Positions 1 to 14,971 of a stretch of DNA of 64,000 nucleotides are shown piece after piece (position 1 is the first letter of the stretch; each line of letters starts with the position of its first letter). The position numbers were made by a program, and so were the translations under genes. The stretch spans positions 9,796,001-9,860,000 of the forward strand of contig OX597837.1 of NCBI GenBank assembly GCA_951406725.2, in the 5' to 3' direction. The notes beneath the pieces were generated by a model. That model was not told where the DNA came from. It saw only the letters and a program-made list of their open reading frames with translations, and ran no database searches. This DNA is from Octopus vulgaris (lineage: Eukaryota).

Positions 1-80
1 TGTCGCTTTTTGTATCAACTAGTTGTCCGTATGTTTGCATTCTTGTCCCATTTTGTATTTTATATATCATATACATATAT

Positions 81-171
<91 letters not shown>

Positions 172-708
172 TGGTGAGCCTTGTTGATGGTGACAACGCA
201 CCACCCGTTCGATGGATCAATTCTACCACCTTCTGATCACACTCCCAATAACTTTTGCCATTAGGTCACGGAACCTCACACACAGATGCATAGTATATAT
301 TACACATATACATGCATACGTAGACACACACAAACACACAGACACAAGCATGGAAACACACACACACAGATACGTATGTATGTATGCATGCATGTATATG
401 CATGCGTATATATTTTATATGTACATATATAGATATATGTGTATGTTTGTGTGTGTGCGTGCGTGCATGTGTGTGTGTGTGTGACTGTGTGGTGGGGTGT
501 AATTTTACAAAGAAAATTGATTTCGTAGAGTTAGCTCACAAGCCGTCATCAGACAGAATGGTGGCGGTCGGGAAGCCCAAAGCTTCGAAGTTACTGTCAA
601 CAATTTCCCTTGAGAAAATTAATAAACATCATATATACTCAACTCTTAACAGTACTGCATAATCTTTGTTCATTTATAATTCCACATAGAGACAGCCATC
701 AACCTTAG

Positions 709-805
<97 letters not shown>

Positions 806-898
806 TGTGTATTAGATTTAGCAAAAGATAGGAAACATGTGAAAGACAATTAAGTGAGAAAGAGATATATAGACAGAGAGAAAGAGAGATAGTGTGTT

Positions 899-943
<45 letters not shown>

Positions 944-1249
944 TTTAAATGATGTATGCTGTTGGCTTCGCTCTCTGAGGCATAACTACATCTCGCGAAA
1001 AGCCCGGATGCTAATTTATGCGCCATTATTGTTCCCCGTACGATGTCCATGATTCTAAGGATTCTCTGGCGGCCGACAGGATCCTAATGCAAAGGCAATA
1101 AAGAATTGCTACGCGCGTAATATCCGCTGGCGTGGCTCTATGGATGGCTGAAAATGCTAGCTTTGTAAGCTCGTGGTTTTGAGTTCGGTTCCGTTGTGCG
1201 ACAACTATTGCAGCGAATTCGGCGGACAGTCGTATACCTGTGTGTATAC

Positions 1250-1348
<99 letters not shown>

Positions 1349-1451
1349 ATGTATTTGCTGTTATGTAATGGTGTAATAAAGTATTGATTGGGTATTATCT
1401 GATGGTTGATGTTTGATTGATTTAAGTATGTTTCTCCATTTTCTAATTTTG

Positions 1452-1578
<127 letters not shown>

Positions 1579-1593
1579 CATACATATATGTGA

Positions 1594-1820
1594 AGGAGCA
1601 ATGGCCCAGTGGTTAGGGCAGCGGACTCGAGGCTCCACGAGGCTCCGGCAGGGGGTGTTGGCGATCCCTGCTGTACTTTTTCGCCATAACTTTCACTCTT
1701 TCTTCTCTTGGCCTGTTCGCTTAACCAGCGGGGTGGCGTCATTTGAAGGCTAAAACAATGCGAAGCGTATTGTGACCAGCGATGTGTAGCAACATCTAAT
1801 AGCCTGGTCGGTCACGGTGA
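1594..1820 (+). mobile_element. tRNA-derived SINE, family C (GGAGGCGCAATGGCCCAGTGGTTAG head), internally deleted copy
   Basis: A-box-like TGGCCCAGTGGTTAGGGCAGCGGACTCG head; body matches copies near 8185-8390, 30595-30790, 37585-37722 and 52675-52885; 3' tail matches 11136-11250. Confidence 0.75.
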
Positions 1821-1852
1821 TCACGGTGATATATACATATATACATATGTGA

Positions 1853-1885
<33 letters not shown>

Positions 1886-1970
1886 CATAAATATGTGTGT
1901 GTGAGTACATCAATGTAAGTATACATGTATGTATATGTATATGTGGTTGTATGTCTTTGTGTTTGTCACG

Positions 1971-2002
<32 letters not shown>

Positions 2003-2324
2003 TGCACCCAGCGTACGAGAGAATATTTAAAAGATTTATTAACCTGCTAGAAATAACAGCCAAATCTCCTTCGCACCGCAACTCACGGTTCTAAAAGTCG
2101 ATCAACCCATTAGATCATGTATCCCTCGGTATACTATGCACAAAATATGACAGAATGTTCAGGAATGGAACGCATTGTGTTTTTTTTCTTTCTTTTTTTT
2201 TACTGATTTGCCGAATCAAAGATCAAAGATCAAATACTTCGTAAAGTCAAAGACAATAATTATAATCTCAGAACCATTACCAATGACTGCCATCGTTACT
2301 AAAGTTACTAAACTATACTGCAGT

Positions 2325-3814
2325 ACCACCACCACCACCACAACCACCACCACCACCACCACCACCACCACCACCACCACCACCACCACAACCACCACCA
2401 CAACTATCGCCACCACCACCATCACAACAACCACCACAAACACCACAACCACCACAACCACCACCACATCCACAACCACCACCTCCACCTCCACCACCAC
2501 AACCACCACAACCACCAACACCACCACAACCACCACCACATCCACAACCACCACCTCCACCTCCACCACCACAACCACCACAACCACCAACACCACCACA
2601 ACCACCACCACATCCACAACCACCACCACCACCACCACCACCACCACACCACCACCACCACCACCACCACCACAACCACCACCACAACTATCACCACCAC
2701 CACCATCACAACCACCACCACAAACACCACAACCACCACAACCACCACCACATCCACAACCACCACCTTCACCACCACCACCACCACCACCACCACCACC
2801 ACCACCACCACCACCATCACAACCACATCACCATCACCACCATCACAACCACCATCACCACCACCATGACAACCACCACCATCACCACCACCAGCATCAC
2901 AACCACCATCACCACCACCATGATAACCACCACAACCACCACCATCACCACCACAACCACCACCACCACCACAACCACCACCACCACAACCACCACCATC
3001 ACAACCACCGCCACCACCAAAACCACCACCACCAACACCACCACCAACACCACCATCACCACCACACCCACCACCACAAACACCACCACGACAGACAACA
3101 CCACCACTACCACCACAACCACCACCACAACCATCATAACCACCACAACCACCACCACCACCACCACCACCACCACCACCACAACCACCACCATCACCAC
3201 CAACCACCACCATCATCACCACAACCACCACAACCACAACCACCACCACCATCACCACCAACCACCACCATCACCACCAACTACCACCACCACCACCACA
3301 ACCACCACCACCACAACCATCACCACCAACCACCACCATCACCACCAACTACCACCACCACCACCACAACCACCACCACCACAACCATCACCACCAACCA
3401 CCACCATCACCACCAACTACCACCACCACCACCACAACCACAACCACCACCACCATCACCACCAACCACCACCATCACCACCAACTACCACCACCACCAC
3501 CACAACCACCACCACCACCACCATCACCACCAACCACCACCATCACCACCACTACCACCACCACCACCACCACCACAACCACCACAACCATACCAACGGT
3601 CTCCAAGGACGTCGCTGCCGCCACTACTGAGGCCACATCCGCCACCGCCATCTCCACCACCACCGCGCAGCAGCACTACAGCCGAAACCACCTCTAACCG
3701 ACTGCATGGCTTCTGCCGTCACCACCACCACCACCACCACCACCACCACCACCACCACCACCACCACCACCAAAGAAATATTTCTATGAACCGGCGGCGG
3801 CGGTGGCGGTTGTT

Positions 3815-3870
<56 letters not shown>

Positions 3871-3929
3871 GGTGGTGGTGGTCGTGGTGGTGGTCGTGGT
3901 GGTGGTCGTGGTGGTGGTCGTGGTGGTAA

Positions 3930-3980
<51 letters not shown>

Positions 3981-4105
3981 AGGTGGTGATGGTAGTAGTA
4001 GTTGTAGTAGTGGTGGTGGTGGTGGTGGTGGTGGTGGTGGTGGTAGTATAAGTAGTATGGGTGATGGTGATGGTAGTAGTAATAGAAGTAATAGAAGTAG
4101 TAGTT

Positions 4106-4137
<32 letters not shown>
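2325..4137. repeat. Long compound trinucleotide microsatellite: (CAC/CAA)n, then (GTA/GTG)n
   Basis: Directly visible; source of the poly-T/P/H/V ORFs. Confidence 0.95.
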
Positions 4138-4138
<1 letters not shown>

Positions 4139-4144
4139 TGTCTT

Positions 4145-4193
<49 letters not shown>

Positions 4194-4552
4194 GCCAGTG
4201 TCTGTTCCACTCCGTCCATAATTAATGTCCTCTTCCCTCTCATCTCTGACCTCTTCAAAGACGCTACTTAATCTTAACAAAACCAAAATCGCAAGCGACA
4301 TTAATTCTAATGCCACCATTGCTGCTGCTGCTGCTGTAATTTTTCTTGCATTCGTAGTTAAATCATCATCATCGACGTCATCATGCACTGCCGACATTTC
4401 ATTATCGTTGTCGTCGCCGACGCCATCACCATTATCACCACCATCACCGCCGTCATCATCATCATCATCATTGTCACCATCATCATCGTCTTCGTCGTTG
4501 TCGTCATTTTCCGCCGCCGTTATTAAAATTATTCTTCTTATTATTATTATTA

Positions 4553-4595
<43 letters not shown>

Positions 4596-4601
4596 ATTAA
4601 T

Positions 4602-4665
<64 letters not shown>

Positions 4666-4751
4666 CGGCATCATCATCATTATTATCATCCTCCTCCTCC
4701 TCCTCATCATCATCATCAACATCATCATCATTGTTGTCATTGTTATTGTTG

Positions 4752-4798
<47 letters not shown>

Positions 4799-6160
4799 GT
4801 TACTAATATTATTATTATTGTTGTTGTTGTTGTTGCTTTTATTATTTTTATTATGCACCTCATTAAGGCGGCAAGCTCGCAGGAACACGACGGACAAAAT
4901 GCTTAGCGGCATTTTGTCCATCTTCTAAGGAATGGGAGTTAGTTGATTATATTGACCCCAATACATAACTTTATCTTATCGATCGCCAAAGGACGAAAGG
5001 TGACAGTGACCACGGTGGAATTTGAAACCAGAACGTGAAGATTTTGAAGAAATGTTGGTGACCATTTTGATCGACGTTCTAGCGATAAGATGTGTATCTT
5101 TCATATATATATATATAAGTTTGTGTGTGTGTGTGGTATCGACATGATAACGTACCATAAGGTTCCGTGTTCGATCCTACGGCAGGTCAATTTGGACAAG
5201 GGTCATTATTTTTTTATAATCTGAGGTTGGTGTGTACTTTCTGAAGGAGATTGAATATGGCAATTGCTGAAAAGCATTCGTGAAGTAAAATCATGTAGCC
5301 ACACCAAATGGCGATGCCCCAGCATGGCCACAGCTCGTGAGCTGAAACTAGATAAAATAAAAATAAATAAAATAAATATAAAAATTCTTGGACTGTGCAA
5401 CGCCGATTCTGACACGGAATTACATTAAGGCTACTCGTGTCATCGGAATACCCAGCCAGTTACACGATAATTGAACTGACTGGTGACCCAACTCATTGAC
5501 TAACAGAATTTACATCGTTTACATTCACTGTCGAACGGCCAAAAAAAAATTATTTCAAAATTTGTAAGGGAGATAACTCTCAAATTTTTACAATTCAAGG
5601 AAGATAACTCACAATAAAAGTATGAAAGAGTTGTGTTTCCTGAAAGCATATTCTACGAAAATTCAGATGCAACGCACTGTCCAGGAATCGAACCCACGAT
5701 CTCGCAATCGTGAGTGCAACACCTTAACCACTAAGCCATATATATATTCTTTTCTTTTATTCTTTTATTTATTTCAGTCATTTGACCGCGGCCATACTGG
5801 AGTATCATCTTTCGTCGAACAGATGGACCCCAGGACTTATTCAATCTAATACTTATTCTATCGGAATCTTTGGCTGAACCGCTAGATTACGGGGACGTAA
5901 ACATACCAACATCGGTTGTCGAGCGATGGCGAGGGGACAAGCATACACACGCGCGCGCACACACACACACATTCAGATACATACATACATACATACATAC
6001 ATACATTCATACATACATACATACATACATGCATACATACATACATACATCGTATATATATATATATATCGTATATGTTGTATGTGTGTGTGTGTATGTT
6101 TGTTCCCCCACCATCGCTTGAAAACCTATGTATGTATGTATCTATCTATCAACATACGTA

Positions 6161-6355
6161 CATCCTGATTACAAGTTCAGGTTTATACCTGTAATTATTG
6201 GGGCCCTGGGATATCTAACACACTGGCCAAATACCAGTCTTGAGAAATTGGGCTTCTCAAAACCAGAAAGGAGAAAGCTGATTCGAAGACTACAGATCCG
6301 ATCCATCACTGGAACTGTAAAAATCTGTAAAACTTTCCAGAAGTTTATCATTTAA
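6161..6355 (+). pseudogene. 3' fragment of a non-LTR retrotransposon with a restriction-like endonuclease (R4/Dong/NeSL-like ORF C-terminus)
   Basis: Translation HPDYKFRFIPVIIGALG...LIRRLQIRSITGTVKICKTF* resembles the 'IPIVIGALG...LQ...GT..I' C-terminus of RLE-type LINEs. Confidence 0.65.
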
Positions 6356-6659
6356 ATATATTATGTGTCCAGCAACGACTTCACTGATGAACTACGGATG
6401 ATCCCGCTGGTGGTCACTGATAGCGAAGTCTTAAGGTATGGAGTTAATTGCTCTATTTTGGCCCCTTTCAGTGGTCTTGCTCGCATACATTCTGGCCTTT
6501 GCTAAATTTTTTGAGAACTTATTCTTCGTGGTGAGGTGATTTGGCGTCTTCTTCTAGCATATTAGGAATCCACCTTGGTGGCAATCCCTCTTATCTATAT
6601 TAGTTACCTACCTATATCGATCTATCTACCTAACTATCTATCTATCTATATATATATAT

Positions 6660-6786
<127 letters not shown>

Positions 6787-7103
6787 CATGTATGTATGTA
6801 TGTATATGTATATATGTATATATATATGGCTCAGTGGTTAGAGCGTCTAGCTTACAATCGTAGTGGTGCCGGTGATGGCGGTGATGGTGGTGATGATGGT
6901 AGTATTGGTGGTGGTGGTGATGCTGGTGTTGGTGTCTGTTCTTTTCTCGTTGGTGGCATAAGTCACAGGTGGTGGCGACAGTTGTTTGTTGTAGGTGGTG
7001 GTCATGGCAGGTGGGGGGACGCGACTATGACATTACCCACTTAAGCGTGCATGTATGCGTGTATGACCATGTATATGTATGTGCATATGTGTGTGTTTGC
7101 ATG

Positions 7104-7140
<37 letters not shown>

Positions 7141-7989
7141 AGATTTTAATACTCCTTATTGGGATTTTGTAGTAAAGCTCCTACCACCGACTCGAAATTT
7201 AAAGAATTTTGTAATTAGTAAACTTCATGGCCTTCAGCCGGAATCGATGGCACATCGGAAGAAGTACTTAGCGACATTTCTTCCGGGTCTTCATGTTCTG
7301 AGTTCAAATCTAGCCAGAGTCAACTTTGCCTGTAATCCCTTCCGGATCGATAAAATAAGGTAGTAGTGGAGTACTAGGGTCGACAATAGGAATCGTACTT
7401 CTTAAAGGCTTCTGCACAAATTCGACTTTTACCATATTTCAATCCCAACGTAAAGGTTTGTGTCTGTGAAAGAAGTCACTTTCTCAAAATGCCAAAATGC
7501 CGTATGCTGGTATTGAACCCCAGACCAAGTGGTCTGCGCCCATATTATTTCTCTTGTTGGTTTTGTTGTTGTTATTTTTGTTACTGTTGTTGTTGTAATC
7601 ATCGTCGTCGACGTCGACGTTGCTGCTGCTGCTACTGTTGCTGTTGTTTTCTTCTACTTCTTTTCTACTTCTTCTTCTTCTTCTTCTTCTCCTTCTTCTT
7701 CTTCTTCTTCCAATCAGGACTCACGCCATTAGCCACAAAGAATAATCTCTAATTCGAGCCTACTCTAAGCTACTAAGAATGCGTGCGGCAACTTGAAGAT
7801 CCACCCACCACACGCGATAGACTGGCGGTTGCACGGGTGCGAAAGTTACGTTGTTATTCTCATTCCGTAAACGGTGGCTTTAACGGGTGGAGAGCTGAAC
7901 CATCCTGGGGTACAGAGAATTCGTAATCTTGACTAGGGTCTGAATGTTTACCACACCATAGCGGGTTACACCATGGTTCCTCTGCTTTG

Positions 7990-8390
7990 TGACAGAAGTA
8001 GGAAGAAAGAGTGAGAGAAAGTTGTGGTGAAAGAGTACAGCGCGGTTCCCCACCCTTCCCCGCCGGAGCGTCGTGGAGCTTAGGTGTTTTTTGCTCAATA
8101 AACATTCACAATGCCCGGACCGAGAATCGAAACTGCGTTTTTACGACCGCGAGACCGCTGCCCTAACCACTGGGCCATTGCACAGGAAGTCGGGGACAAG
8201 AAACAGGAAGAAAGAGTGAGAGAAAGTTGGGGCGAAAGAGTACATGGGTCGCCACCACCTCCTGCCTGAGCTTCGTGGGGCTTTAGGTGTTTTCGTTCAA
8301 TAAACACTCACCGCACCCGATCTGGGAATCGAAACCGCGATCCTCCGACCTCGAGTCCGCTGCCCTAACCACTGGGCCATTGCGCCTCCA
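7990..8390 (-). mobile_element. Two tandem family-C SINE copies
   Basis: Reverse complement of the family C head (CCCTAACCACTGGGCCATTGC) occurs twice, each with the shared body. Confidence 0.8.
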
Positions 8391-9120
8391 CTGCTGTTGG
8401 TGATGTTGTTTTACACTACTGATTTTTCTGTCACGACTTACTAGTTTCATCCTAGTTCGTAGTCCTCCCAATCATGTCAAAATGAAGCTCAAATTGTCCA
8501 AAATAGTCCCTGTATTAGGAGCCTCGGGATTCCTCCCGTTTCAGTAGGTGGTCTGCACTACTAAAAATAGTCTAAGTAATTTGTTTCAGAAAGTCCCACG
8601 GGCCGCACTTTACCCATGATTGATCTACTGTATCCTTGCTTCATACAAAAGCAAGGATACACTTGGCCATCGCGCCTCCACTGAACTCAGAGTAACAGAA
8701 AATATACTACAGGGTATTCAATACGACAATCTTAAAGCGTTACCACTTCGCCACCGTGGTAGAAAGATATGACATGTCTGACATACTGACATATATAAGG
8801 ATATGATTATTGCTAACATGATTGCTGTCATCGTGGTTCTTTCAAACCGGGGCTGGCCTGGTGTTAAAGAATACGAATAGCAATAAAAATAAAAGCAAAT
8901 AAAGGTCAGGATATCAAGGTTGATTCTTTATAGAATTGTGATTATGGAAGGAATTGGTAAAATGAATAAATGTAATGATAAATAGATAAAAGAAACTTTT
9001 CTGAACTTTTGCCAAATTGTCCAGTTTCTTCATCACAGAAGAAATATGAAGAATTTCTATTGACTCGTCTTTTATGAAACACATTACACACAAACATACA
9101 CACACTAACACACGCACAAA

Positions 9121-9183
<63 letters not shown>

Positions 9184-9406
9184 CATATGTACATAAACGA
9201 ACTATATATTTATTTGTATGTGGGTATGTACTTATGCATGTACTTATGTATGTGTATGTGTATGTTTTTATATATATATATATATTGTACCTACATATAA
9301 ATATATCATATATATATATAATTATATGTATATAAACGAACTTTATATATATATATGTACGTTTGTATGCGTATGTATGTATACGTGTATGTATGTAAAT
9401 ATATAC

Positions 9407-9450
<44 letters not shown>

Positions 9451-9503
9451 TATATATATATGTATATATAGATATATATATATACATATATATATACATA
9501 TAC

Positions 9504-9612
<109 letters not shown>

Positions 9613-9649
9613 GTATGTATGGCATGTATGTATGCATGTATTTCTGTGC

Positions 9650-9692
<43 letters not shown>

Positions 9693-10104
9693 CAGACACT
9701 GAGAGAGGGAGACATACAGATATACATGCGTATATACATGCAAAGTTCGGTAGATATGCACGTATGATCGGGGGACGGGGGAGGATTGCGAGCAGATGTT
9801 TATGTGTGCCATTTTATATATGCATGTGTGTGCGTATGTACGTATATATGAATGTTTGTGTGTGTGCATTTTGTGCGGTCGTACATCTGTGTGAGTGTGT
9901 CTCTGTGTTTGCGCGCTCGCGCGTCCTGGCGTGCCTATGGCTGGGAAAGGAAATAATATGTTTAGATGTATTCTATTGAATTGTCGTACATCTCTTTGTT
10001 ATAATTTCAATCTGATATAATGGTCAAATAATGACTGCAAGAGAACGGCAATGGCGTCTATACACACACACACACACACACATAGGCATTCATATAGACA
10101 TATA

Positions 10105-10135
<31 letters not shown>

Positions 10136-10140
10136 TATAT

Positions 10141-10354
10141 CTTTACTCTCTACTCTTTTACTTGTTTCAGTCATTTGACTGCGGCCATGCTGGAGCACCG
10201 CCTTTTAGTCGAGCAAATCGACCCCGGGACTTATTCTTTGTAAGCCCAGTACTTATTCTATCGGTCTCTGTTGCCGAACCGCTAAGTGACGGTGTCGTAA
10301 ACACACCAGCATCAGTTGTCAAGCGATTTTGGGAGGACAAACACAGACACACAA

Positions 10355-10401
<47 letters not shown>

Positions 10402-10525
10402 TACGATGGGCTTCTCTCGGTTTCAGTCTACCAAATCAACTCACAAGGCATTGGTTGGCCCGGGGCTATAGCAGAAGACACTTGCCCAAGATGCCACTGA
10501 ACCCGGAACCATGTGGTTGGTTAGC
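10141..10525 (-). mobile_element. tRNA-derived SINE, family A
   Basis: Reverse complement of the element at 28826-29233, including the (GAGTAAAA)-type tail. Confidence 0.85.
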
Positions 10526-10549
10526 AGTGCATGTATATACATGTGTATA

Positions 10550-10656
<107 letters not shown>

Positions 10657-10963
10657 GTGAACTGGCAGAATCGTTAGCACGCCGGCCAAAATACTTAGCG
10701 ACATTTTGCCCGTCTTTACGTTCTGAGTTCAAATTTTGCCGAGGTCGACTTAGCGTTTCATCCCTTCAGGGTCAATAAAATAAGTACCAGTCGTGCAATG
10801 CGGCTCGACACAATTGACTTTCCTCCTCCTGCAAAATTGATGGCCTTGTATCCTTTCTTTTTATCATCTCAAACTGAGCGTCAACCTAATGCATTTACCG
10901 TGTATGTCCTTTAGACTTTTGTTATTTTTATGTTTAGCATCGATTTGCATATATATATACATG

Positions 10964-11076
<113 letters not shown>

Positions 11077-11256
11077 GTATATATATGTGTGTGTGTATAT
11101 ATATATATATGTAAATATATATATATATATGTATGGCCTGCTCGCTTAGCCAGCGGGGTGGCTTCATTCGAAGGCTAAAACAATGCGAACGCATTGTGAC
11201 CAGCGATGTGTAGCAACATCTGATGGTCTGGTCGGTCACGTGATCACGTGATATAT

Positions 11257-11311
<55 letters not shown>

Positions 11312-11487
11312 GGGTGGTGGTAGGAAGCTTGCTTTGCGACTACATGGTTCCGAGTTCAGCCCCACTTCGTGGCACCTTGAGCAAGTGTCTTCTACTATAT
11401 CTCCGGGTTGACCAAAACCTTGTGAGTGGACTTAGTAGACGGAAACTGAAATAAACCCGTCGTCTGTGTGTATATATGTATACATAA

Positions 11488-11533
<46 letters not shown>

Positions 11534-11986
11534 GTGTATCTGTGTTTGCCCCAGAAACACTTGACAACCGATGTTTACGTCCCCGTTTACATCCCCGTTA
11601 CTTGTTACTTAGCGTTTCGGCAAAACAGACCGATAGAATAAGTAGTAGGCTAATAAAGTATAAACCTTAGGGTCGATTTGCTCGATTAAAGGCGGTGCTC
11701 CAGCATGGCCGCAGTCAAAGGCCTGACTTCAAATAAACAATTAAAAAAAAAAACAAATAATAAAATTAACGTGTACAAGGAATTTATAATCTTGACGCTC
11801 ATGAAAAGAGAGGGTTTATCATTTGAACATAGCTCGGCGTCGGATAGGAGAAAGTGTAAAAATCCAAAGAGAAATCGCCAACAGCACGTGTATGGTTTCA
11901 AATAATGACACAAGGTGAGCAATTATGTATATAATTGAAAAGCTTTGGAGTCAACAAGAAGGAGTACGGCTGGACATTTATTTTCA

Positions 11987-12092
11987 ATCACTACAATTGT
12001 TTCCACGCAAGGTAGTTCTCCAGACTTGCAGGCTCTTCACTATGCAACCGTTTCTCTGCATTATGAGATCGAATTGTGTTTCCTCAGGCGAT
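11987..12092 (-). ncRNA. Degenerate type I hammerhead ribozyme
   Basis: Minus strand: ATCGC-CTGAGGA-aacacaa...ttgcgtg-GAAA-CAATTG-TA-GTGAT. Stem I has 5 bp, stem III is palindromic, stem II has two mismatches. Confidence 0.6.
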
Positions 12093-12427
12093 ACGTAAAT
12101 ATTGTCCCGGTAAGCTCGGTTTCTCGGCTTCAACAACATCCTCTCTGTCTGTCACACACGACAGATGCTCAAACGCAAACCTGCAAGTATGTATAATTGT
12201 GTGTCGGTGTTTCCCCCCACCCCCATCCCAACATCGCTTGACAACCGATCTTGGTGTGTTTACGTCCCCGTAACTTTGCGGAAAAAGTACTAGGCTTACA
12301 AAGAATAAGTCCTTGGGTCGATTTGCTCGACTAAAGGTGGTGCTCCAGCATTTCCGCACATATATACATAGATAAACATGTATGTGTGTATGTGTATAAG
12401 TGTGAGTGCATGTGCGTGTGTGTGTGT

Positions 12428-12491
<64 letters not shown>

Positions 12492-13153
12492 CTTCGTCAC
12501 AGTACGCTCTTGACCGGCTCAGTAAATTTATCTGCAAAAGCCAGTCATCAAAGCAACTTCGAAGTCACTATTAACTTTTTTTCTTTAAAAGAAAACGAAC
12601 GCTTTACTCTACTTAAATAAGTTGGGGGCACTCTTATAAGTTAATGGTTGTTTTTCTTGAACGGATACGCAGTTATTCGGTTGTGTGTGTGTGTGTGTGT
12701 GTTTGTTTGTGTCTGTGGTGCATGTGAGTGGGGGGATGTGCCTGAGTAAGAGTACACACACACCCACACCCACCCACACACACCCACACATACCCACACA
12801 TACATATATATGTATATATACATACGTATATATTTATATATTCATATTTGAATGTGTGTGTGTGAGTGTGTTTGTGTGTGTGTGTTTCTGCGTGATCAGC
12901 AGTCGCCAATTCCATTACGAGCCAAATGTCTAGAAGACAATCTTTCTTACTGCCAACACCGCCGACCCTACCATGGCCACCATCACTAGCAATCCCCTAC
13001 TCACCACCCGTCTCATAGAATTATATTGATTACGTATAAAACCCATTGTTCAATAGAACCAGTTAACCCCGATTTTGTTTTGTAGGACGGCCAGAGTAGT
13101 AGTAGTAGCAGCAGCAGCACTGGTAGTGGTTGGTGGTAGTAGTGCTGGTGGTG

Positions 13154-13189
<36 letters not shown>

Positions 13190-13250
13190 GTAACACTGGT
13201 AGTGGCTTGTGGTGGTGGTGGTGGTTGTAGTAGTAGTAGTAGTGGTGGTG

Positions 13251-13306
<56 letters not shown>

Positions 13307-13328
13307 TGTTGTTGTTGTTGTCGTGTTG

Positions 13329-13388
<60 letters not shown>

Positions 13389-13410
13389 ATAGTAATAGTA
13401 GTAGTTGTTG

Positions 13411-13442
<32 letters not shown>

Positions 13443-13856
13443 GGTGGTGGTGGTGATGGTGGTGGTGGTGGTGGTGTTCCCTCTATGTCAGAAATGTTTT
13501 CCAAGGTTTTCTGCAACTCCGTCGGGTGGAGGTTGGGAAGATCCATCCGACAGCGAATTTGGTTTTGCGAGCTGGATCTACCCAATACATTGTTTTCGAA
13601 TTCCTTGTGGTTCTTGGGGCAAAATCACTCAGTCAAATATCTCTACAGACTTTAAGAAAAGAAAATTTGATAATGTTGTCCCAAGTACTGATAAAATAGT
13701 GGGATGGTCAAAGCCATTGTTCATTTGTCTTCTAAATAAAACTGAGAGCTGGATTTAAGCAGTAATCTCAATGGCGTACCAGTAAATGAGTCTATGTGCG
13801 ATTAATAAGCCAGCTAGAAATAGCAACTATCTGTCTATCTATCTATTTATCTCTCT

Positions 13857-14039
13857 AGGGAGAATTCACAAAAAAAAAAATCAAAGGACGAAGACAGGTG
13901 GTGTAGACAACGACCAAGGGTATTAGTATAACGCTCGGGAAGTGAAAAAGTCTTTAACGTTTCGAGCCTACTCTCTTCCACATAAAGGAATACAGAAAGA
14001 AACGAGAGAAAATAAAGAATGTGTAGTGGCTAGCGATCT
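13857..14039 (-). mobile_element. Diverged copy of the short repeat family at 39080-39605 (hammerhead-like motif at 13952-13987)
   Basis: Reverse complement reads CTTT-ATGTGGAA-GAGAGTAGGCTC-GAAACGTT-AAAGAC; flanks are homologous to 39080-39270. Confidence 0.6.
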
Positions 14040-14075
14040 CCCTATCTATCTATCCATCTATCTATCTATCTATCC

Positions 14076-14146
<71 letters not shown>

Positions 14147-14527
14147 AATCTATCTACTTATCTATCTATCACCCTATCTATCTATTTATCTATCTATCTG
14201 TCTATTTGTTTGTCTATCTTTCTGTTAACAAGCATACATTCATTTAGGCATAAACATATCTTTAACTGTTCCTCTCTCTATTCAGTACATATATATATAA
14301 ATATAAAAGGGTAAATCCTTTCTAGGAATTGCACCTAGAAAGTTCCCATCTGTAGCACAAGTCCGGGGCAAGGTTGTTTATGGAAGACCAGCTGTCGCCC
14401 GTGCATACCAGCCTCCCCTTGTTATCCAACAGAAAAGCAAAGACCGATACAGCTTGGCACCAGTGATGTCACAGCTCATTTCTATTTGTTTCTATCTAAA
14501 AAATCGAAGGAAATGACTACCATTCCC

Positions 14528-14773
14528 TTCAAACTTTGCTTTTGTGACCTATTTCCCATTACATTTCAGAACAGATTCAGTGCTGAGATGCTGAAGCAGA
14601 AATATCGTTATAGAAAATATTCTGCTCAATACAACAGATTTATTAGCCAGGTGATTGACCTCAACCTGTTATGCTGACAACATGTTTATCACTGGATCAG
14701 GAGCAGGGGGTAGTGGGGGAACACCATAAGTATGTGTTGATTCATTTGGGTTTTAACAAAAGCAAAGTTTGAA
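14528..14773. mobile_element. MITE-like element core
   Basis: Inverted repeat TTCAAACTTTGCTTTTGT (14528) / ACAAAAGCAAAGTTTGAA (14756-14773); true termini not resolved. Confidence 0.45.
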
Positions 14774-14971
14774 TGAAATATTGATTATTTTTCATACGTT
14801 CTAGGGGTAAGCAAACAGAAAGTAGCAGTCGATAAACAACGACAAAAATCGTGTTCCACAAGGGTTATTCACAGGCGAGCAAGCAGAGTTGTCATAACGC
14901 TAGAATAATTATGTTGCGGTATTACTTCTAGTTCGTTAAGTTCTAAGTTCAAATCCGGCCGAAGTAAACTA

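Noticed and set aside
500-560. Minus-strand CTGATGA...GAAA (core at 546-552)
   Set aside because: Stem II base, stem III and stem I cannot be formed; chance match or too decayed.
2175-3818. 547-aa Thr/Pro/His-rich ORF, and the many YIYI/THTH/CVCV/poly-amino-acid ORFs throughout
   Set aside because: Stop-free translations of microsatellites; no domain, splice or codon evidence.
6377-6430. GACTTCA-CTGATGA-ACTAC...GTGGT...GAAGTC hammerhead-like relic
   Set aside because: Stem I and stem II are plausible but the GAAA core and cleavage triplet are missing.
13475-13690. Non-repetitive open segment weakly resembling Gypsy gag (IWFCELD; KRKFDNVV) or an exon
   Set aside because: Motifs lie in different frames, similarity is marginal, and there are no convincing splice sites.
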